In this document: piece after piece, positions 11,985 through 22,680 of the stretch | Position numbering within the stretch: the stretch's first letter is position 1 | Layout: each line of letters begins with the position of its first letter | Assembly (NCBI GenBank): GCA_964234715.1 | Contig: OZ174277.1 | DNA from: Podarcis melisellensis | Lineage: Eukaryota | DNA length: 64,000 nt | Direction: 5' to 3' (one strand) | Program-made: the position numbers and the translations under genes | Notes under the pieces: generated by a model | What the model saw: the letters and a program-made list of their open reading frames with translations, nothing else | What the model was told of the DNA's origin: nothing | Databases searched by the model: none

Positions 11985-14900
11985 TTTATCTCTTTAAATT
12001 TCTTGATGTGTTATTACTTGGTTCCTCAACACATTATGATTTGTGACTGAATATGTGAACTGAATCTACTGCAGAGTAATTTTGTTCATTTATTAATCAC
12101 CCCCTTCTACCTTTCCATCCAGTGGGCCCACAAGATGGTATACAATTTGTGTATGCAGTGATTGCTCTATGGTGGGTCACTGGCACATGCAAGTCAGTAC
12201 TTAATGTTGCAGTTGCCAGGTGATGGCCACACATGTGCAGACCAGCCCAAAGTGCCGAGAGGTCTCCCGTATGATAAAATTGCCAAGTATCACACCATGC
12301 GAAAGCTAGAAAGCAAGGATCTCTGAAAAAGGTGTTGACATGATCTTACCATGTTGCATGTGTTTCACTCATTGGAGCATTTTTACTAGTAAATATAGAG
12401 GGGAAACCACCTCATGGTGAGTACTTAACCGAAAAGGTAGATCAACCCCTGGGCCATTTGCAAATGGTTACTATTTAGTTTCATAGAAAAGGGTTGGTGC
12501 CGTTTCTTGTGGGGAAATGGGGTGCTCCCTCCAGTGACTTAATATGGCACATTCTGGTTGGACCATAGTTTATTATCACCCTGTGCTGGAAAAACACAGC
12601 TGGACTATTCATCTAACTATGGTATGAAAAGTTCTGGAGCTTTGCCATAATGTAAAAATTAACATGCTATCTAAGAACTCTGAGAGATAATAAAACTACA
12701 GACTCATTCTGCACAAACTGGCAAGATTTTATTTCGTTTATTGATAATAATGATGCATGCATACAGGTGCCAGACCAATACACCTGTTTCTTCTTTTAGG
12801 AGCCAGTGGAGTAAGCAGCTGCTTTCAAACCAACAACGTGCTGATCTCTTACAAAGCAAAATGATAGTTTCCCCTTTAACTATCTAACCCAGCTCACCTC
12901 CCTATATTTTCCAACATATCCTCTTGCTTATTCAACTTTTTGCTATCATGGGCTCCTTGGGGAGGAAGGCTGGTGCATAATTTCAATAAATAATATGCAG
13001 ATGGCTGTGCTGATCCTATGTTATTTTTGTTTTGTATTACGTTATGTGTTTGTTTCTTTGAGATATATAATTTTCAAAATTAGCACACCCCCAAAGGAAA
13101 AAAGAAAAAAGAAAAGCCCTTGCACCATTTGGGGTTGTATCTAAGTTTCTTCCTGCTGCCGTAGCTACACTACAAGATTATTTTTGTAAATAGCATGAAG
13201 AACTGCCAGCAAGAATTGATAAATGTTTGATCAAATGGGTTGTTTTCCTTTGCTGAACGACCCTGATCCTGAATAGTTTACACCACTGTATAAATCTTGC
13301 AGCTGCAGAGTGATTGCCTTTAAAACACTGACATTTCCAGTACATAATATTGCAAGTAATTAGTGACACCAGGGCATTACATGTGTTCCTTGTGCTACAA
13401 ACAAGCAGCCTAACTCTGTCTTCATCTCTGTGTATGAATGTAAATCAGGAATAATGGCAGTGCAGTTAATAGGGAGTACTGGTCCCATCAGATTAGTGGG
13501 AAAGAAAGCATAAACTGTTATCAGGATAGATCCATCCTGTATGCTAGTAAAGCAAAAGGTGCTCAGGTTTGTTTGGAACGTTGCCGTAGAATGAAATCCC
13601 ATAGTCAAGAGATTCTGACAGGCATGTAGGTCTATATAAAATGGCTTTTTCAGTTGCTGCTTTCTAAACATGTGTTGAGAAGTATCCAGAAAATGAATAA
13701 AGGTGGCTATTTCACACCAACACTGTAGCTGCTACTACAATTGTTGACTAGATGTCTATTATCTTTACAGTGTTCATTATTTCAGGAATCCTCACAATGC
13801 TCCTGTAAGGTTGGCCAGTATTAATGCTCCCAAGAAATAGTATATTTTCTGGAGCCAATTACTGAGTTTGTGGCTGAGGAAGGATTTGACCTGGGGATTT
13901 AACTGGCTCACATTCTTAGCCACTATGTTTTTGAGGATCAATTTGCTTGTGCTGGGCATTTTAGGTATTGCAAGCCCCTTGGCCATTTTTGCAGACACAT
14001 ATTGTATTTTATTGTGTGGCTAGGGAAATGGAAGCCCTCAGAATTGAAGTTGTGAATACGTTTCACAGTTGTGTATTCTGCATCCTGCTGTCCCGCATGG
14101 ACTCTTCCCCCAGTCTCTGTGAAGATTCGGAATACAGACCCTGTCTCCACATTGAAAAACCTCCCATGGAAATGAAACTGTCTCAGCACTGCTGTGATAG
14201 AAAGCCTCTTTGTTTAACACGAAGCATAGAGAGAGCTATTGTGCTGCCGAACTGAGGTGTGCAAACTGCTCCCACCCCTGTCACTTTCTAACAGGATAAT
14301 GTAAAAGTCATTCTGCAGGGACAGGAAAAATAATAATTTGTTAATTCCCCTCAGTATTCCACACTTCTTCGCCGTGTAGCTAATTTTCTCTGAATACCTT
14401 ATTAACATTCACAATGGCTTTGCAGGCCCACTCTAATAGCTCTCCGCTGAGGCAGGAACTGTGAAGGTGAGAGCTGACAAAGATGCTATGATGATTTTTC
14501 TCCCTTCCACGCTTCTAGGGTTTATTATTCTGGCTTCCATCCTTTGAGGGCCGTCCAGATGATGAGAGTGGCCAAACTCCAGTGCAGTCACGACTTGTTT
14601 CCTCAGGCCCTGGAAACCTTGAAGGAGGTTAGTTTTGCTCGCTCTGCTTCTACCCTTTCCCCTTTCCTTCGCTCTCTAACTGCTGCCATTTTCCTCACCC
14701 TCCCAGCTCACCCCCGCTGCTGAAATATTAACCACCAGTCGTTTTCCACCCACCCCACCTCCGCATTTCCTTTTATCCACACTGGTACCGTAGGCAATAG
14801 CTGCGCAGTGAGGTGATGGGTCATTGCTACTTACCTAGTTTCCAGGGGTGACTTCCTTTAATATCAGTTGTTGGTAATTACTGTTGAGTAGCTGGGGGGT

Positions 14901-16003
14901 ATCATTAATCACCCCTAACCTTGAGTGGCAAGCAGCTATTAAGATGGACGAATGAAAGAGTATTTCAGTGCCTTAGTCTGCTTCTCATGCTCCCTTTAAA
15001 ATATTGATTATGTTCTGCCTAGCTGCGTAGGGAATACAGACTAAGGAGTAGGTGAAAACACATCTATGTGTCGGTAATCCTAGACAAGGAAGGGGTACTA
15101 TATCGATCTGAAACTTTTAGATTAGGATTTTAACATAAAAACGGCAGAGGGGGACCAAAATCTTAAATCGGCAGGCTGGTGTCAGTAGCAGTTCACGTCT
15201 AACATTTGATTTTTGACAAACGTCATGTTCAAATGCTGCCATTGACAATAACACCTGATTTTCAGCTGGCAGTCTGAGTTGGAAAGCAAATGCCCCGTGA
15301 ATTCTGGCAAGTTTTTAATTAACAATGTCTTTTAAAAGTCACTGTGAGTGGAAGACAGTGGTGGCTGTACTGCATTTTATATTGTCAATTTGCCAGAGAG
15401 ATTCTAATTGAATCAAGTGCAAAATGGATTTTAGGATAATTTTTGTTTTTAATGGGGGGTGTTATGATATTTGATTTTTTAAAAAGAAATAAGAAACCTT
15501 AACAGACTTCCTTTTAGAATTGTTAATAGTTTGCTGGCAGATTCAGGATTAAAATCTGTCTCAAATGCACAAATGTTCATTATATTTGGAGTGGAACATT
15601 TAGTACTTCTGCTTTGTGGACATGGTATGTGCATTCTTGCATTGTGATCACTTCATATTTGTTAAATCTGTGACCCACCTCATTCTAAGAAGTAGCAACA
15701 CTCTGTTATCCCCATTGAACAAAATACCTTCCTATATATTAATACAATATAGTAAATTAAAATTATCACCTTAATCCTGAGCTTTAAAGGTAGCCCAAAT
15801 AAGAATATTTACAGCACCTAGGGAAAAATATTACAGCTTTACACACACACACACCCTCTCTCCACACATTCTGTTACGGTAATAGTGTGCTATTCCACAT
15901 GAGCTCAATTGCTTGCTATTCCTATGCTTAATTCAGCCAGCAGCTGCCTTATTTGGAGTTTCTCGTCATGAGTTTGTGATAGAGTCACAAAGTACAAGTC
16001 ACA

Positions 16004-16549
16004 AAGTGTTACCAGATGTCCCCGGTTCCCGGGGACAGTCCCCAGATTTGCAAATCTGTCCCCGGAATGTCCCCAGATTTGCAAATCTGTCTGAGGGAAA
16101 CGTGGCAGCGGCAGCCTCATCAGCCCGGAGCCAGCCTGGTAGCGCAGCTGGCTCCGGCTGGCTTCAGGAGCTGCTCGCTGCGGTGGCGCCCGCCATTTTT
16201 CCTGCGCCACGGCAGCGAGCAGCTCCTGAAGCCAGCCAGAGCCAACTGCGCTAACAGGCTGGCCCCTCCTGGGCAATTGCCGCCCACCCATGACTCCCGA
16301 GCCTCCCCTGATCTGTCAGAACGAAGGGGGAAGGAGATCAGGGAAGGCTCGGGAGACACAGTTGCCCAGTTTTTAAAAAAACTCTGCGCATTTATGTTTC
16401 ACAGGGTGCAAAAGAAGGGCTTTGCACCTTTATACAATATGCATGCGTGCTTGGGCCCAGGGTCTTTTGCCTCACCATCCCCACCTTGTTGCTACTCAGC
16501 TTCAAAAAAAAGGGTCCCCGGATTCATTGAAAAAAATCTGGTAACCATA
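16004..16549. mobile_element. GC/CpG-rich non-autonomous DNA transposon (hAT-Blackjack-like termini) with a long internal inverted repeat
   Basis: Terminal inverted match GTTACCAGAT / ATCTGGTAAC; GTCCCCGG subterminal repeats at both ends; sharp GC rise over the flanks. No clean 8-bp TSD seen. Confidence 0.65.
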
Positions 16550-18535
16550 AGGTACATAGCACATATTTGTGAATACACAGTATAGCATTCTGACAGCTGC
16601 CTTGCTTACTGCACTTCACTAATTGTACCTTTTTAAGCTTGTAAATGTATCCTAAGTACTAGTGTGACTTTCTTCGCTAAGGACTTAGATCAAATGAGGA
16701 TTCTGAAATTCAGTTGAACCAGTGCAATGCTTATGCATGATAATGGTTAGAACTTGAATTGTTGTTGGATTTTATGGTGTTCAGTTCTGTAATAAATCAC
16801 GGATCCAGTTGAACTCAAGACCGTGTGCTTACAGAGTTGCAGGTCGCCTCTTATCTAGGCACTGAACAGGCCTCTCCTTCCTCCTTGCACTGTTTTGGAG
16901 ATTCTCCTGACCCTCCGCCAAGCCATTTTCGGGGGAGGGAGTGGGGAACCCCCATTGCGCTAGCAGACGTCCTTGCATGGGCTTCGACTGCCGGGTCCAG
17001 TTAATTGAAACCGGCTCGTTATTTAAATAGTGCACAAGAGAAATGGCATAGTCCTTCCTGAGCTGCACTGTTTCAGACTGCAGCTGGGAGATGTCAGAGA
17101 TTGCAGTCACATATAACCTCCCTGCACATGGAAAGGGATCTAGTCTGCTACCACTATACCCCGTGATACAGGAAGGTTGGTTCTGAGTGATTATAATAAT
17201 ATATCAACTTGTCAGCCGAAATATATATTCCATCTGTATCAATCCCCTGCTGGGAAAAGCTCAAAGGAACATGAGCAAAAAGCCCTTCTGCTCCAGAGTG
17301 ATGCTGAACTCTTTCTGACTATATGTCATTTGAACTGGTTCTTTCCAGCTTGCCCTGTGCATTATTAACTGCATGTGTGATTAAAGTAAAATGAGTATGG
17401 CTTTCTAGGCATTTGTCCTTCCTTTGCTGCCTCTAACAGGCATTCATTTTAATCAAGGGACAAAGGAGAAACAGAAATGATTTCCTCAATACTCTGTCCT
17501 TTTGCTTTGTAGAGCATCAGCATGATGGAGTTTGCTTCCTCCTTTCATCATGACTGAGCGGTGCGGCAGCATATTTGCATACTGTTACATACGCTGATGT
17601 TAGGTACCCTGTCCAATCCCAATGCAAATTAGACACAAATGAATGTGCTGGGCTTTTATTTGCATTCAGAGACACATTCTTACCAATTATCTAATGAGGC
17701 TTTATATTCTTGGGTAAGACAACTGTGTGGCTTCTGATACCGTGGCCTGTCTCGTATTTGTTTGTACAGAACAGTAATAATAAATAATAATAATAAAACC
17801 AGTTCCTTAAATCATGAGAGAAGCCACTGGTCTTACGGTGCTCAACAGTTGCTATGATTGTTTTATCCTGTGGAGGAAACAGCTTTTGTGTAATGACTTC
17901 TGTATGCACACATTGTAATATTTAGCTTAGGCTGCAATCCAAACTCCTTTTTCCTGGGAGTAAGCCCCACTAAATTCAATATGACTTACTTCTGAGTAGA
18001 CATGGTTAGGATTGCATGGTTAGTGTGCATGCATTTTCTGATCAACCCATACACATAGCCCAAACCAGGTGCATAGCTCTAGCTCCCACAGTCAGTTCCT
18101 TGGGCAGCATTGCATGCAGATCAGCGCATGATTTGGGCTACTCTTGCTATCGGTTTAGGTTTTTATTTTCCTTCAGTTCCTTTGCACTTTGTGGTGCCCC
18201 TGCTGTCTTCACAAATGAGCTTCTCTGGAAGCAGGACCTGCTTATGGAAGGTGCCACGGCCATGTTCTCCACAGCTCCTAAATCTTCATGACTCCGCTCT
18301 AAAGGCCTGTTGGTGTCATCCTGTCATCCTGCACTGAGTAGCTGCTGATAACGTGGCAAATCTCCTCTAGTGTGGCCACCTGTGTCTATATTCCTTTTTG
18401 GACATCTGCAGATGAAGAGTGTTGCAAATGCGCAAAAGAAAAGAAAAATTAAAAGAAAAAGCAGAACTTTCCAGCCAGAGCAGCAGTTGAGAGGCATGCA
18501 ATAAAGAATGATGGATTACCTGTCTGTCTTTTCAG

Positions 18536-18637
18536 GCTTATGATATCATGAAAGTGACCCATGGGACAGAACACAGCCTAGTGCACGACTTGATGATGCT
18601 CAAGGAAGACTGTGAGGCTGGCCTGCCATTAGAATGA
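18536..18637 (+). CDS. SMYD3: SMYD3 (SET and MYND domain lysine methyltransferase 3), terminal coding exon
   Basis: Acceptor CTGTCTGTCTTTTCAG, then a phase-0 frame AYDIMKVTHGTEHSLVHDLMMLKEDCEAGLPLE*. This aligns residue for residue (33 aa) with the recalled human C-terminus AFDIMRVTHGREHSLIEDLILLLEECDANIRAS. Convergent adjacency to KIF26B matches known synteny. Confidence 0.92.
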   Translation, partial: AYDIMKVTHGTEHSLVHDLMMLKEDCEAGLPLE

Positions 18638-19017
18638 AGAAGACCTGCAACTCACTACTCTGCAGAAAGGGAATGAAGAGAAGACACGGGAGAAAGAAAA
18701 TGTCTCCCTACACAACCTATGTGGCTGTCATGATCTCATTAATCAGAGAACAGTTAGGAAAAGGTTCCAGTTGTTTTGGTGTGTAACCTGTATATTGTTT
18801 CTTCTGCTAATTCTTCAAAGGACCTTTCACACCAGTTTCTTGATATTTCCACCAGAAGTATGCTGTCTGCAAAACAACGTGTTGACAAAGGAACTTGGAC
18901 AGTTCTTGGTAAAAGTACAATATACTGTTTACGACGTAGAAAATGATAATTTCTGGAAATGATTTTCTTCATTTATCATGGTAGCTAAGGTACTCTTTAT
19001 ATGTCATGGTAACCAAT

Positions 19018-19033
19018 ATTAAACAAAAATAAA
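19018..19033 (+). promoter_or_regulatory. Putative SMYD3 polyadenylation signals (ATTAAA 19018-19023, AATAAA 19028-19033)
   Basis: Two hexamers ~390 nt after the stop, followed by T/GT-rich sequence (CCATTTTTATTGCTGCTTTC). Confidence 0.6.
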
Positions 19034-19839
19034 ATCTTATATCCAAAGTATTTGAATTCCATTTTTATTGCTGCTTTCTCTCCTGCATTGCATCACTTCT
19101 TTTCCTTTCACATGCTGTCATTTTGAGACATGGAATGATCCTGTGGATGAATTTGTTTTACATCCTTTCCAGTTTTAGTTTGCCTAGAATATCCACCATT
19201 AAGTACCATTAATTTGTTAACTGTGGAATTTGCTTATGCATGTTGAATCTGTTCTTCTAAAGCTGTACATCGATTCAGCTCCTCCATACTGATTCCTTTG
19301 AGTTATACAGACTTAATATCATCTGAGCTTGATTGGTGCATGTCTTAGGGTAGTTCTCTACCTTTGTTGGGTTCAAGAGGGATGAGGTAGGTTTCATAGG
19401 AAGGAAGGAAATCATATACACACTGATTACTAATGAGTAAACTCAACTGAACATAATTAGATTTTCTTCTGTCTTAACATGCATAGGATTAAAATGCAGC
19501 CTTCTTTGTCATTCAAACACTGTGTTTAGCCTTGTACTGATACCCAGGAAAGTGATTTCATGTACGCAGCATTTGGAAAAGTGGTTACCAGTTCTTACCA
19601 TATGTTTTTTTAAAAATCTGCATGCGTTCATATCTTCCTTTGCAACCAAGAAACAAGGAAATGCCTTATTCCAATTCAGACTGTTGGTCAAGCTAGCAAT
19701 CTGACTGGCAGCAGATCTCCAGGGTGTTGGGCTAATAGACCCTGCTAGAGATTAAATCTTAAAATTCCCAAAATCTGCAGTGGCTACCAGTCAATTCACT
19801 AATAATATAAATACAGCATGTTGTTTCTGATAGCAGCTA

Positions 19840-20081
19840 CCGTGGTACCTCGGGTTAAGTACTTAATTCGTTCCGGAGGTCCGTTCTTAACCTGAAACTG
19901 TTCTTAACCTGAAGCACCACTTTAGCTAATGGGGCCTCCTGCTGCCGCCGCACCGCCGGAGCACGATTTCTGTTCTCATCCTGAAGCAAAGTGCTTAACC
20001 TGAAGCACTATTTCTGGGTTAACAGAGTCTGTAACCTGAAGCGTCTGTAACCTGAAGCATATGTAACCCGAGGTACCACTG
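19840..20081 (+). mobile_element. pogo/Tigger-like MITE, family A, copy 4 (full length)
   Basis: TA|CCGTGGTACCTCGGGTTA ... TAACCCGAGGTACCACTG|TA. Confidence 0.9.
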
Positions 20082-20149
20082 TATTTGTTACCCCAGTTTG
20101 CTGCGTTCTTGGGAAAGTCTTTTAGCTTCACCTCCTATTTAGTATGAGG

Positions 20150-20316
20150 AAGGGCCATAGCTCAGCAGGAGAGCATCTGCTTTGCATGCAGAAGGTGCCA
20201 AGTAGGTCTGGGAGAAATCCCTGTCTGAAGCCCTGGAGAGCTGCAGCCAGATGGTGTAAGCAATGCTGAGCGAGGTGGACCAATGGTCTGACTTAGCATA
20301 GGCCGCTTTCTATGTT
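20150..20316 (+). mobile_element. tRNA-derived SINE
   Basis: tRNA-like head GGGCCATAGCTCAGCAGGAGAGCATCTGCTTTGCATGCAGAAGG (B box apparently deleted); 3' end GGACCAATGGTCTGACTTAG ... CTATGTT. Confidence 0.7.
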
Positions 20317-20361
20317 ACCAACAATAATGCATTGGAAGAGTGAGAAATTGCCACTGAGCAA

Positions 20362-20713
20362 GGGATGCGGTGGCGCTGTGGGTTAAACCACAGAGCCTAG
20401 GACTTGCCGATCAGAAGGTCAGCGGTTCGAATCCCTGCAACGGGGTGAGCTCTCGTTGCTCGGTCCCTGCTCCTGCCAACCTAGCAGTTCGAAAGCATGT
20501 CAGAGGGCAAGTAGATAAATAGGTACCGCTCTGGTGGGAAGGTAAACGGCGTTTCCGTGCGCTGCTCTGGTTCGCCAGAAGCAGCTTAGACATGCTGGCC
20601 ACATGACCCGGAAGCTGTACGCCGGCTCCCTTGGCCAATAAAGCGAGATGAGCGCCACAACCCCAGAGTCGTCCATGACTGGACCTAATGGTCAGGAGTC
20701 CCTTTACCTTTAC
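20362..20713 (+). mobile_element. Sauria SINE, full length
   Basis: Head GGGATGCGGTGGCGCTGTGGGTTAAACC, B box GGTTCGAATCC, core GCCAACCTAGCAGTTCGAAAGCA, ACCTTT-type tail CCTTTACCTTTAC; second copy at 47087-47441. Confidence 0.9.
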
Positions 20714-20829
20714 TTAAGACATTTTAGCCAGTGCACTTAATTTTTTAAGCCTTAAGTAGATGTTAACAAAGCCAAATATTTCTGTGAGAAATTTAAACAG
20801 AAACCATTTACATGTTTTGAAATCTTTAC

Positions 20830-20830
<1 letters not shown>

Positions 20831-20885
<55 letters not shown>
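20831..20885. repeat. (TAA)n microsatellite, ~18 units
   Basis: Direct reading; abuts a LINE 3' end. Confidence 0.95.
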
Positions 20886-21011
20886 TACCAGTATTTATCT
20901 GCCAACCATCTGACTGGGTTGCCCCAGCCACCCTGGGCTTCTCCGAACAGAATATTAAAAACACAGTAAACATCAAACTTCTAAAACTTCCTTATACAGG
21001 GCTGCCTTTAG
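20886..21011 (-). mobile_element. LINE (L2-like) 3' end
   Basis: Reverse complement matches 43064-43157 (AAGGCAGCCCTGTATAAGGAAGTTTT ... GAAGCCCAGGGTGG). Confidence 0.6.
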
Positions 21012-21330
21012 CGTTTGTCTCTGTTCCCCTCCTCCACCAGGACAGTTTACTGCTTCCTTCCCATCCATGACTGTCATTTTATTAATCTCTAGTCAGCTTC
21101 TTCACAACAATAACTTGACACCATTCGGTGAGAATACATTTCTGAGAAAATGAACACTCCAGGCCTGCTTTGCAGCCTCATCTCATGAATGCAAACGCTG
21201 GAGACTCATCTCCCCTCAAGTGGTTTGAGAAAGTTATGGTGAGTGTAGCATTGTGCACTTGAAAAATTGAAATTTCGGGAAAGGTTGAGTCATGTCAGCC
21301 ACCCAAGGAGTGCAATAATCCAAGGAGAAC

Positions 21331-21366
<36 letters not shown>
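21331..21366. repeat. (TGT)n microsatellite, ~12 units
   Basis: Direct reading. Confidence 0.95.
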
Positions 21367-22194
21367 AATGGCTAGTTAAGAAAGGGAAAATGTTCAAGGG
21401 GAAGGCCAGATCCAGGCATTAAGGACCAAACTGGAAGTTTAGTAAATTGCATCAGTTCAATTAATTTGCATGTTAAAACAAGTGCTCATAGAATATGTGT
21501 GGTGGGACACTTAATAAGCTTAGGACCATGCGTGAGCCAGTAAAGGGAGTTTCTTTTCACCATAGCCTCAGTGAAAATTGTCCCAGCAGCTGCTATTTGC
21601 AGTGGTGGGAAGCCTCTGTTAAACCTGTCCCCGTGGTCCTGCTTCTGCCCTCACAGCTGCTATTTTCATTTTTTAATGGTGCCATGTTAATTGTATCCAC
21701 ACAGTGGCATTTCTAGTTTGGCTCTTAGCAGTGTTACTGCTGCTGCAAAGTTTTAAAGAGATGGACAGCTCATCCTACCATTTAGTGGTGCTGCTGTCTC
21801 CAGATAGGAGGTGTGACACCCTGCTGAAAGGATAAGCCTGAAAATCACTATACGAATATCCCAAAGGCATATTATATTTCCTACCTCTGCTGGGCACATA
21901 TGTACCTGAAATTTTGGAGATCTAGTACGCTATATGTGTAAGCAGTGCCTTTATTGTGATAGTCCTTACTAGAGTGGAGAACTGGCACCTCTTTAACCTC
22001 TTTTTCCCCCCCTCTGCTGAAGGCAGCCATCTTTTGCTGGTAGTCACAGCACATTAATCAATATGGAACTACCATCACCTCATCTTTTTTACACCCACAC
22101 CCACTGTGTGCGTAAGGTGCTCACATATAACAAAGGTAGACCCTTTGATAATTATTTTCTGGAGACCTTCTGAGTGGGAGCTTCACCAAAAGTA

Positions 22195-22294
22195 CGGTTG
22201 TACCTTGGAAGTTGAATGGAATTCGTTATGGAAGTCCTTTCGATTTCCAAAATGTTTGGAAACCAAAGCACGGCTTCTGATTGGTTGCAGGAAG
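22195..22294. mobile_element. Truncated pogo/Tigger-like MITE end (different subfamily)
   Basis: TA|CGGTTGTACCTTGG ... GGAATTCGTTATGGAAGTCC resembles the family A left end CAGTGGTACCTCGG ... TAATTCGTTCCGGAGGTCC; no second terminus found. Confidence 0.45.
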
Positions 22295-22582
22295 TGAAAC
22301 AGACATTTATTTTAGTTTGAGAGTTATTTGTTGGACAATTTAATTTCTGCAGGGTAAATGTTGGAGAGAGACAGAGCAGCAAAGGCAGAGGGGACCTTGT
22401 TGCTCTCACTGTTCTTTACACACAGTGTGGGTGATGCTGGAAAAACAAAACCAGCCAGTTATAAAGCTCAATGAGATTTAAATAATAACTTTGTGCTGAC
22501 TAGTTAAATAGCAATTTGTACTCTTATCTGTTTTACTGTATTTGCAATGTGTCACAAGCCACCTCAATAACTTCTGTTAGTA

Positions 22583-22636
<54 letters not shown>

Positions 22637-22680
22637 TACTATTAGTACTATTATTATTAGAGTTAGAATTAGAATTAGAA
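22583..22680. repeat. (ATT)n microsatellite grading into (TTAGAA)n
   Basis: Direct reading. Confidence 0.9.

Noticed and set aside
15905-16585. Overlapping 79-189 aa ORFs on both strands
   Set aside because: By-product of a GC-rich palindromic non-autonomous transposon; no transposase or other recognisable domain.
1-18535. Additional upstream SMYD3 exons
   Set aside because: I looked for the penultimate-exon motif (HPxRxxQxMxVGKLQ) and did not find it by eye. It probably lies upstream of the window, but a tBLASTn is needed to be sure.
20150-20450. tRNA genes
   Set aside because: The tRNA-like heads belong to SINEs; there is no complete cloverleaf and they continue into SINE bodies.
20411-20638. 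Similar ORF pair 20411-20638 and 47092-47343 suggesting a small gene family
   Set aside because: Both are antisense translations of Sauria SINE copies.
20752-20976. Poly-Asn/Tyr/Ile ORFs (also 22516-22755, 42957-43304, 59224-59661)
   Set aside because: Translations of AAT/ATT microsatellites.
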